A stretch of 64,000 nt of DNA from Macrostomum lignano (Eukaryota). Within the stretch, counting starts at the first letter, position 1; every line of letters starts with the position of its first letter. The notes beneath the pieces are model-generated. The model worked only from the letters and a program-made list of their open reading frames with translations, had not been told where the DNA came from and did not search any database. Shown one piece after another: positions 12,006 to 22,332 of the stretch. The stretch is taken from positions 310,001 through 374,000 of the forward strand of contig NIVC01000247.1 in NCBI GenBank assembly GCA_002269645.1, written 5' to 3'. The position numbers and the translations under genes are program-made.

Positions 12006-12517
12006 GAGAGGAGAGAAGAGGAGAGGAGAGGAGAGGAGAGGAGAGGAGAGGAGAGGAGAGGAGAGGAGAGGAGAGGAGAGGAGAGGAGAGGAGAGGAGAG
12101 GAGAGAAGAGGAGAGGAGAGGAGAGGAGAGGAGAGGAGAGGAGAGGAGAGGAGAGGAGAGGAGAGGAGAGGAGAGGAGAGGAGAGGAGAGGAGAGAAGAG
12201 GAGAGGAGAGGAGAGGAGAGGAGAGGAGAGGAGAGGAGAGAAGAGGAGAGGAGAGGAGAGGAGAGGAGAGGAGAGGAGAGGAGAGGAGAGAGAGAAGAGG
12301 AGAGGAGAGGAGAGGAGAGGAGAGGAGAGGAGAGGAGAGGAGAGGAGAGGAGAGGAGAGGAGAGGAGAGAAGAGGAGAGGAGAGGAGAGGAGAGGAGAGG
12401 AGAGGAGAGGAGAGGAGAGGAGAGGAGAGGAGAGGAGAGGAGAGGAGAGGAGAGGAGAGGAGAGGAGAGGAGAGGAGAGGAGAGGAGAGGAGAGGAGAGG
12501 AGAGGAGAGGAGAGGAG
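12006..12517. repeat. (AGAGG)n pentamer microsatellite
   Basis: About 100 units. Confidence 0.95.
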
Positions 12518-13134
12518 AATAAATCCGTCCTACCAGTCTCCTAATGATGGAGAGGATTTGTGACGAAATCAGATGGGGCAAAAGGAAAGGAGACGGGAAT
12601 TGGCTTCGTGTCAATGAAATTTGAATAGCAATGGGAGATTTCAGGAGAGAGGAGAGGGAGACACTGGGAGCGTTCAGGCTGTCAGTCACTGATTGTTCAT
12701 GAGGGTTTTCCAGGTTCATGCAGACAACTGCTGCCTGTACATTTGGCTTGAATATTTCATTAAACAACATTGGCAATTGGGTATTGAAGTCCGCAGAACA
12801 AAATCGCGGAGAAAAGCCCGCATCAAAGCCGATACGCAGTTTGAATGGAAAAAGCAACTTAGCATGCAGTGGAAATTGAATCGCAGCACAAATGTACGAA
12901 ACTGCAGTTCATAGCAGGAGGGCTGCTCGCACACGATGGCTCTCGGTGTGCTCATTTCCTAAAAGAGCAACTGAGTCAGCAACAAGGAAAATGTACAAAA
13001 CACAATTCAACAGCATGCACAGACAATAATCGAAGTCATTCATAATCTAAAATATTTACCGGAAATATGTTGAAAAATTTTACTCAAAAAGCTCGCGCAA
13101 AGGCCAGAGAACCTTGAAAAATTACGAGTTCAAC

Positions 13135-14573
13135 TCAAGCTGCTGCATCAAGTCTCTCCAGCTTCTGCCTGACCCAGCCGATCTTCTCCTCGTCCTGCGT
13201 CTCCATGGCGACGCGTCTCTCTTTCTCGATCATCTCCATCTGCTGCAGGCTGAGCTCCACGTGATCGCGGCAGTCGCTGTAGTGAGCCAGAGTGAGCAGC
13301 TCCTCCAAGTCCGGGTCTCCAAGCAGCTGTTCAATCCAATGATCGAATGCGATTGCAGGTGCGCGATTGCGGAGCAGCTCAGCTTGGAGACTCCAGCTCA
13401 GGCAGCGGAAGTTCACGTAAAGGTGGGAGGAGAGAGGCTGCGACAGTCTGGCTGTGAACAGAGTCTGCGTGAACTCGGGAAGGAATGGGAAGCGAGGCGG
13501 AGAGTCGCAGGGGAGGCAGAACCTCCACGCCCAGTCTGACTTATCTGGCAGTTTTATTTTTCTGTTTATTCTTCTTGGAAAGAAATCATCTTCTTGAATA
13601 TCCTGTGACTTCAACCCTGACTCAACCCGATGTCTCTGCAGCTCCATCGCGAGTCTCTCAGCCTCCTCAGATTTTCCGAACTTCAAATGCGCCATGGCGG
13701 TCATGCACAGGGCGGCGCACTTGCACCACTGCAGCTCATGCAAGAGACTGAGCTGCCTCATCAGGGTGTCTCTGTCGCTCGATTCCGACTGCAGCTCGCT
13801 CACACACTGGTGCACCACACTGTACACGTCTGCGAACTTGTAGTACATTTCTGGATAGTCAGTTCCTTTCCTGATCTCCGTGACAGCAGGCGGCGCTGTC
13901 AGAGGCAGCAGAGTGAACGGGTGAAAGTAGAACTTCTCTGACTGCAGAGGTCTCACGAGTCTCCTCAGCTGCTCGACCACTCCGCCGATGTCGCTTCTCA
14001 GTTCACAAAGTCGGTCTCGAACCCTCGCCTTCGTGTTGTGAAAGTCGCCGCCGATTCCAGCGTTCTTGAAGTAGAGCGGAGCGTCGGGCATGAAGAAGTG
14101 CGGCATGCACTCATCGGGCGAGCTGCTTGAGTCGATGAAGCTCAGCATCATATCGAGAGACTCCTTGAGCAGAGCGATTAGATTGTGGAGCTGCCAAGCG
14201 TCAGTTTCAGGATCTGAGCCACGCTTCTCCCGCATTGTGAAGAGCAGAGTCTTTGCATGGTAGGTCTTGAGTCCAGGTGTGTCCAGAGTGAGCGGCAAGT
14301 GTCTCTTGAAGATGAACTTGATGAGTGTAAACAGCTGGCCCTGGACTGTGCTCAGGTTTCTCATGATCCGTTTCTCTTGGAAGCTGAAGCTCACTCTGAG
14401 CTCGTTGGTCGAGCTCGGTCTGGTCGCCCGAACCAGGTGAACTTTGTCAAAGTTGTATGGAAGCAGTTTTTCAATTCTGTCCTTACAGAAACTGCTGCAA
14501 CACTCGATCGCATGGCACGTGTCCTGTGCAGGCCGCACACCGCACGCCGTGGCTGTCACAGCAGGTTGGCTGC
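13135..14573 (-). CDS. ANK-cGLR paralog B, exon 4: Mab-21/cGAS-like C-lobe plus C-terminal helical extension
   Basis: Acceptor ctctgcag|GC, phase 1. Mab-21 hallmarks DTCHAI, ELRVSFSFQEKRIM, LIKFIFK, LKTYHAKTLLF, W..NL..LL, MPHFFMPDAPL. Stop at 13135-13137. Confidence 0.9.
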
Positions 14574-15368
14574 CTGCAGAGCGCAGTGAGTGGAGAGTCG
14601 CTTTGTGGCGAGTGAAAAAGATGGGTTGCTTTGCAACCCATCTGGATAAAATTCAGTAGAGAAAGAGCTGAAATGCTCAACTGTTTGCCACCAATGCGTT
14701 TCATCGCGCATTCGCATCCAAAAGTGCAAGTTGCTTGGGTTGAAAAGTTGGGAAGATGCAAGGAGAATGGAAAGTGCTACGCAAGTCTGGCTACGGGCTT
14801 AAACGACTGACTGAAGTCATTGTGGTACTTACACACTTGCCAAATATACACATGCTCGCTGATGTCATGCCTGTTTATTCAGCCCTCCAATTTTTATTCA
14901 GCAGATTTTTGGGACCCCACCCAAGCTGCTTGATGCACATGTGAGGCTGCAGCTCAGCACAGCTGCTCAAACATCATCAGGACTCAGTGCCCCGCAGCAA
15001 GGCACCAATCAGCCAGCCAGTCAGGGCGGCTTCGGTTTATTTTGTTTGAAATTTTCCAAGTGAGAGCAGCAGCACCTCAGCAGAGCCATGCCGCCTACCG
15101 TGGGTCACCCAAGCACCGCTGCACCCACTCTGCTACCATCGGAGCCTGTGAATTCAAAACTCAATGGCCCGCCTCAGCCAGTCGGCATCAGAGTTTTCTT
15201 TTCAATTTCGCCTGCCGCTTGTTTCAGCACCCAAACCGAAATTCGCAGTCACAGAAGCTGCTGAAGGCCGGGCGCCACTCGGTTGCGAATTTAAAGTTGA
15301 GCAAAGTTAATGGGCTTTCATTTGCATGCGGATCTCAGCATTCTGATGATGAACCCAGCCTCACTCAC

Positions 15369-15730
15369 CTGCTCCCACTGCCACCTGTGCGTGGCCCTCC
15401 TTGACCTGCAGCCGAGTGGCGTCTATGCAGTAACCATTTCTCTCGCAGCCACCTTTCAGATGGAACTCTTGTCCAGCAACCAGCGCAGTCCAATCAATGT
15501 CCGAGTCTGCAGCTGTCCTGCCGTTCACTTGCACCAGACTGTTGGCCCAGCCCTCTGCGTAGCTGCCCGTCATCTGCCTGCCATCCTGTGTGAGGACTTG
15601 AGCGACTTCTTCCAGCCAGTCAGCCAGTCTCTGCTGACACTCTGCTCTCTCCGCGGTGAATCCCGCATTGCTGAGCAGTCGATGCAGCTCCTCGCTCAGG
15701 CAGAAGTCTTGCTGGGAGTCGTCTGAGAGC
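15369..15730 (-). CDS. ANK-cGLR paralog B, exon 3: nucleotidyltransferase N-lobe
   Basis: Acceptor cattctag|G, donor CAG|GTGAGT, 362 nt, phase 2-1. Carries the GS...DSDID motif. Confidence 0.87.
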
Positions 15731-15952
15731 CTAGAATGATGCGAGATGCGTGTGGGTGAGTGAGTTGGATGGACAAAACAAGCAGGAGAGGTGAGAGTGC
15801 AGCTGCTGCTGCACTCAGACTGGCATCTCAAGCAACCCAGTCGAGTCCAACCCAATCTCAACTCTCCTGAGTTTCGCTGCAATTTCTGCCCCAAGCTGCC
15901 AGCCTGTCGGAAGGCGCAATGCGGCAGTAAAAGCTGAACCGGTCAGACTCAC

Positions 15953-16006
15953 CGATGGAGGCCCGAATCCAAGCGGTGAGCGGCTGCCTGCCGGGCCTCC
16001 GGGCTT
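15953..16006 (-). CDS. ANK-cGLR paralog B, exon 2 (54-nt linker, GSPEARQAAAHRLDSGLHR)
   Basis: Acceptor ttgtctttccttcccgcattgcag|, donor CG|GTGAGT, phase 2-2. Confidence 0.8.
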
Positions 16007-16216
16007 CTGCAATGCGGGAAGGAAAGACAAGGTTTTCAGCAGTTGAGTCTGAGATTCTGATGCGGCACAAATCACTTCATTGAGTCGGAAACTCCAATTT
16101 TTTTCACGCGTAGAGCCGAGGAGGCACAGCTTCATCAAAATACCGGCGCTTTTTCAGTTAAGAAATTCAAATAGCGGAGAGAAGGGCGGGCAGAAGCAGA
16201 TGACCGACAGAAAGCA

Positions 16217-16697
16217 GGCAATGAGCCAGAGAGAGCCGTTCGCCCCTGGCAATGAGCCAGAGAGAGCCGTTTGCCCCTGGCAATGAGCCAGAGAGAGCCG
16301 TTTGCCCCTGGCAATGAGCCAGAGAGAGCCGTTTGCCCCTGGCAATGAGCCAGAGAGAGCCGTTCGCCCCTGGCAATGAGCCAGAGAGAGCCGTTCGCCC
16401 CTGGCAATGAGCCAGAGAGAGCCGTTCGCCCCTGGCAATGAGCCAGAGAGAGCCGTTCGCCCCTGGCAATGAGCCAGAGAGAGCCGTTCGCCCCTGGCAA
16501 TGAGCCAGAGAGAGCCGTTCGCCCCTGGCAATGAGCCAGAGAGAACCGATCGCCCCTGGCAATGAGCCAGAGAGAGCCGTTCGCCCCTGGCAATGAGTCA
16601 GAGAGAGCCGTTTGCCCCTGGCAATGAGCCAGAGAGAGCCGTTCGCCCCTCGCAATGAGCCAGAGAGAGCCGTTCGCCCCTGGCAATGAGCCAGAGA
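16217..16697. repeat. 31-bp intronic minisatellite, about 15 copies
   Basis: Unit gcaatgagccagagagagccgttcgcccctg; a single related copy lies in paralog A at about 1988-2018. Confidence 0.95.
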
Positions 16698-17223
16698 AGC
16701 CACAAATTTAGCGCGGAACGGCCGGAGGGAGAAGCAAGAGACGGCAATGCAGACTCGTGAAAAACATCTTACAGCTCTGACTGCCCGGTATAAAAAAGTG
16801 CAAATCGCGAGTATGCTCGCTAATGGAAACGATTGGACAATAAAGTGAAAAACTGGAAACTGTGATTATTTTGTTTTTTACTCAAGCATTACATGCAAAC
16901 AAAATATTTTTTCACATGAGCCCGCTTCACTCCTTCATTTTTTGCCATTCCGCGCTGTGGGTCACTAAAATTATCGCTTGTCTCATCCGAAAATGTAAAA
17001 TTCAAAAAATCTTTCTGTGTCTTTTCTGTCTTCTCTTTCTCTTCCTTTCTTTCTTCCTAACTTTTTCCCTTGTCCCCGTGTTCGCCTCTTCTCCAAAAAC
17101 CAAGCAGGCTTACATTTTATAACTGAAAAATTCTAACAAGATTTTTCTGATAAAGTTGCAGAAATGCTTCACTAAAGCACGATGCAGTACTGAAAGGATT
17201 CGCGCAACTCTCGCCTCACTCAC

Positions 17224-20200
17224 CCCGCTCGACTGGCATCCAGCAGCCGCAGCACCTGCCACTGCTCAAATCGCTCTGCCACTTGCGCACACGTCAGACC
17301 CCGACCGTCTCGATGACTCGCATCCGCTCCTCTGTCCATCAGAGCCTTGGCCGCTCGCACGTGACCGGCTTCGCATGCTCGTGACAGAGCAGTCCGACCC
17401 TGACTGTCTTCAGCACGCACTGACGCACCGAGATCGATGAGTTTCTCAATGAGCTCGTGATGACCTGCATCAGCTGCCAGCATGAGAGCAGTGGCTCCAG
17501 TGCTGTCTGGCAGATCGACATGCTGTGTGCTGACTCGCTCATCATCGATCAGTGTGACAGCAAGAGCGACGTGTCTTTGAGAGATGGAAAGACGGAGCAG
17601 CTGTGTGATGTGAGCTGGCTGCATTCGAGAGAGAGTGCCGGTGAGAACAGAGTTCCTGCCTTCGATGGCCATTGCTGCAGTGAAGCTGAGGATGGTGCTG
17701 GATTGGAAGAGCCAGTCTGGCTCGAGGCCGAGGGAAGCAGCGGCATTTTCGCGAAGACGAGAGCAAGCCGCGACTGCGCATTGGAAATGGAGATTCGCTC
17801 TCTGATCCGGAATTGAGAGACACGAGATGAGAAACTTTACGACATTCCACTGACCATTTTTCACAGCAGATTCGGCAGCTTTGATGCAGCAGCGATCTCT
17901 GTTTTCTTGGTCAGCGACTTGTTGCACGAGAAACTTGACGACTTCTAAGTGATTATTTCGTGCAGCAGATCTGGCTGCCTCAATGCAGCAGCGATCTCTG
18001 TTTGCTTGGTCAGCGACTTGTTGCACGAGAAACTTGACGACTTCCCACTGACCATTTTCTACAGCAGATTCGGCAGCGTCGATGCAGCAGCGATCTCTGT
18101 TTTCTTGGTCAGCGACTTGTTGCACGAGAAACTTGACGACTTCTAAGTGATTATTTCGTGCAGCAGATCTGGCTGCCTCAATGCAGCAGCGATCTCTGTT
18201 TGCTTGGTCAGCGACTTGTTGCACGAGAAACTTGACGACTTCCCACTGACCATTTTCTGCAGCAGATTTGGCAGCGTCGATGCAGCAACGATCTCTGTTT
18301 GCTTGGTCAGCGACTTGTGACAGGAGAAACTTGACGACTTCCCACTGACGATTTCTTGCAGCAGGTTTAGCAGCAACGATGCAGCAGCGATCTCTGTTTG
18401 CTTGGTCAGCGACTTGTGGCACGAGAAACTTGACGACTTTCCACTGACCATTTCTTGCAGCAGATTCGACAGCGTCGATGCAGCAGCGATCTCTGTTTGC
18501 TTGGTCAGCGACTTGTGGCACGAAAAACTTGACGAAATTCCACTGACCATTTCTTGCAGCAGATTCGACGCAGCAGCGATCTCTGGTTGCTTGGTCAGCG
18601 ACTTGTGGCACGAGAAATTTGACGACTTCCCACTGACCGTTCATAGCAGCAGATTTGACGGCGTCAATGCAGCAGCGATCTCTGTTTGCTTGGTCAGCGA
18701 CTAGTAGCACGAGAAACTCGACGACTTCTAAGTGACCGTTTTCTGCAGCAGATTTGGCAGACTCGATGCAGCAGCGATCTCTGTTTTCTTGGTCAGCGAA
18801 TTGTGGCACGAGAAACTTGACGACTTCTAAGTGACCGTAATGTGCAGCAAATACAGCAGCGCCGATGCAGCAGCGATCTCTCTTTGCTTGGTCAGTGACT
18901 TGTGGCACAAGAAATTTGACGACTTCTAACTGACCATTTCTTCCAGCAGATTCGGCAGCGCTGATGCAGCAGCGATCTCTTTTTGCTTGGTCAGCGACTT
19001 GTGGCACGAGAAACTTGACGACTTCCCACTGACCATTTATTGCAGCAGATTTTACGGCGTCAATGCAGCAGCGATCTCTGTTTGCTTGGTCAGCGACTTG
19101 TGACACGAGAAACTTGACGACTTCCCACTGACCATTTTCTGCAGCCGATTCGGCAGCGTCGATGCAGCAGCGATCTCTGTTTGCTTGGTCAGCGACTTGT
19201 GGCACGAGAAACTTGACGACTTCCCACTGACCCTTTCTTGCAGCAGATTCGGCAGCGTCGATGCAGCAGCGATCTCTGTTTGCTTGGTCAGCGACTTGTG
19301 ACACGAGAAACTTGACGACTTCCCACTGACCATTTTCTGCAGCCGATTCGGCAGCGTCGATGCAGCAGCGATCTCTGTTTTCTTGGTCAGCCACTTGTGG
19401 CACGAGAATTTTGACGACTTCCCACTGACCCTTTATTGCAGCATATTCGACAGCGTCGATGCAGCACTGATCTTTGTTTGCTTGGTCAGCGAATTGTGGC
19501 ACGAGAAACTTGACGACTTCTAACTGACCATTTCTTGCAGCAGATTCGACAGCGTCGATGCAGCAGCGATCTCTGGTTGCTTGGTCAGCGACTTGTGGCA
19601 CGAGAAACTTGACGACTTCTAATTGACCCTTTCTTGCAGCAGATTCGGCAGCGTCAAAGCAGCACTGATCTCTGTTTGCTTGGTCAGCGACTAGTAGCAC
19701 GAGAAATTCGACGACTTCTAAGTGACCGTTTTGTGCAGCAAATACAGCAGCGCCGATGCAGCAGCGATCTCTTTTTGCTTGGTCAGTGACTTGTGGCACA
19801 AGAAATTTGACGACTTCTAACTGACCATTTCTTCCAGCAGATTCGGCAGCGCTAATGCAGCAGCGATCTCTTTTTGCTTGGTCAGTGACTTGTGACACGA
19901 GAAACTCGACGACTTTCATCTGACCTTCTCTAGCAGCAGATTCGGCAGCGTTGATGCAGCAGCGATCTCTGTTTGCTTGTTTAGTGACTTGTGGCACGAG
20001 AAACTCGACGACTTCTAACTGACCATTTCTTCCAGCAGATTCGGCAGCGCCGATGCAGCAGCGATCTTTGTTTGCTTGGTCAGCGATTTGTGGCACGAGA
20101 AACTTGACGACTTCTAACTGACCATTTCTTGCAGCAGATTCGACAGCGTCGATGCAGCAGCGATCTCTGTTTGCTTGGTCAGCGACTAGTAGCACGAGAA

Positions 20201-21351
20201 ACTCGACGACTTCTAAGTGACCGTTTTCTGCAGCAGATTTGGCAGCCTCGATGCAGCAGCGATCTTTGTTTTCTTGGTCAGCGACTTGTGGCACGAGAAA
20301 CTTGATGACTTTTAAGTGACCGGTGTCTGCAGCAAACATGGCAGCGTCGATGCCGCACTGATCTCTTTTTTCTTGGTAAGCGACTTGTGGCACGAGAAAC
20401 TCGACGACTTCTAAATGACCATTTCTTGCAGCAAATAAGGCAGCGTTTATGCAGCAGCGATCTCTGTTTGCTTGGTCAGCGACTTGCGACACGAGAAATT
20501 TTACCACTTCTAAGTGACCATTTTTCGCAGCAGATTCGGCAGCTTCGATGCAGCAGCGATCTCTGTTTGCTTGGTCAGCGATTTTTGTCAAGAGAAACTT
20601 GGCGACTTTCCACTGACCCTTTCTTGCAGCAGATTCGGCAGTCTTGATGCAGCAGTAATTTCTGTTTTGCTTGGTCAGCGACTTGCAACACGAGAAACTC
20701 GACAACTTCTAAGTGACCATTTGTCGCAGCAGTTTCGACAGCGTCGATGCAGCACTGTTCTTTGTTTGCTTTGTCAGCGACTTCTGACAAGAGAAACTTG
20801 GCGACTTTCCACTGACCCATTCTTGCAGCAGATTCGGCAGCTTCGATGCAGCAGCGATCTCTGTTTGCTTGGTCAGCGACTTGTGGCACGAGAAACTTGA
20901 CCACTTTTAAGTGGCCATTTGTTGCAGCAGATTCGGCAGTCTTGATGCAGCAGCGATTTCTGTTTGCTTGGTCAGCGACTTGCGACACGAGAAACTCGAC
21001 AACTTCTAAGTGACCATTTGTCGCAGCAGTTTCGACAGCGTCGATGCAGCACTGATCTTTGTTTGCTTTGTCAGCGACTTCTGACAAGAGAAACTCGACG
21101 ACTTCTAAATGACCATTTCTTGCAGCAGATTTGGCAGCGTCGATGCAGCAGCGATCTCTGTTTGCTTGGTCAGCGACTTGTGGCACGAGAAACTTGACGA
21201 CTTCCCACTGGCTATTTCTTGCAGCCAGTTGAGCATTTTCTATGCAAAAGCGGGTCTTCCTTCTTTGTCCCGGTCGAAGCCGCAGATGAGCTCTTACTGC
21301 CGGGATGTTGCCCCTGGTGACGGCCTGACGGCTGCTGAGGTTTTGGCCCAT
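17224..21351 (-). CDS. ANK-cGLR paralog B, exon 1: about 35 x 33-aa ankyrin-like cassettes plus canonical ankyrin repeats; one +1 frameshift at about 20665
   Basis: ORFs 20575..21351 and 17220..20705 are joined by removing one T from TTTT at 20665-20668 (other units have TTT). That gives 4127 nt = 1375 codons + 2, matching the phase-2 GG|GTGAGT donor at 17223. Confidence 0.82.
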
Positions 21352-22332
21352 TGTGCGGCTGCCGTGTTAAACAGCGGTTCGAGACTTCAGAAAGGGAGAA
21401 AGAGTGGATGGAGAAAGAGAGGGCGAGGGAGAGGGAAGGAGAGGAAAGAGCTAATGAGTTGAGTAGGAATAAAGCGGGGAGGGAGGTAGAGATGTGGTCT
21501 GACTGCTCTTTATTTTTTCAATAAAGGGGGGAAAGGGAGGGAGAGGGTGAGAAAAAAGGATGGCTTCGCTGCATTAAAATTTTATTTATGAACCCTACGT
21601 ATGATCCTTGGCATATGTCAGTCACGGCTGCTGTCAGAGTGGCAGATGTCAGTCACGGCTGCTGTCAGAGTGGCAGGTGTTTCAAAGGTTTGTGCAGCCG
21701 GTTGCCAGAAAGATTTTACCGCCTCATCTCTCAGCTGCCCCCCTTTTGCAGCCTCTGGCGAGGCCAACCACCCTCGGCCTTAGCAGCCGAAACTTCTCTC
21801 CCGAGCATGAGCGCTGAGTCCGCCGCCTTCGCCTCTGTGCACCCAGCATGGCAACGGAGAGGCTGCGGCTGCAGCGGCCACCCCAAGCTGTACTTGATGA
21901 GGCTGAGCTGACCCATTGTGCCTCAGTGCAGTGTGAGATCTTTAAATGCATTTAATGGCCCACTGAGCGGTGTAAAATGCTGCTCAGTGCCGCAGTGCAT
22001 CGGTTTGAGGAGGCGGTCAAATGTGCAGAAAATGCATTGCTAAATTTGGTCAGTGTTCTCTCTCACTCTGCACTCTGGCCTTCTTAACTGCAGACTCTCC
22101 TATGCTTTCACTGTCTCTCTCGTGCGCATCTCAGGCAGTTGAGAGTCTGCTGGGTTGAGTTTGGCAAGTACATTTAGCAGCAATAATTGAAATTCTTTCG
22201 CTTTTCTGCAGAAGCCTCTCATCACTGCCGCTCCTTCTGTTTCATGTTTTGAACAGGTGGCAACCGGCCTCTGTTGCAGGACTTGGCTTGCAAGCGCAGG
22301 CAGAAACTTGCAGTGACGATTCGATTAATGAA

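Larger units (their letters stand above)
14322..22320. repeat. Segmental/tandem duplication unit B
   Basis: Colinear with 1-6830. Confidence 0.92.
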
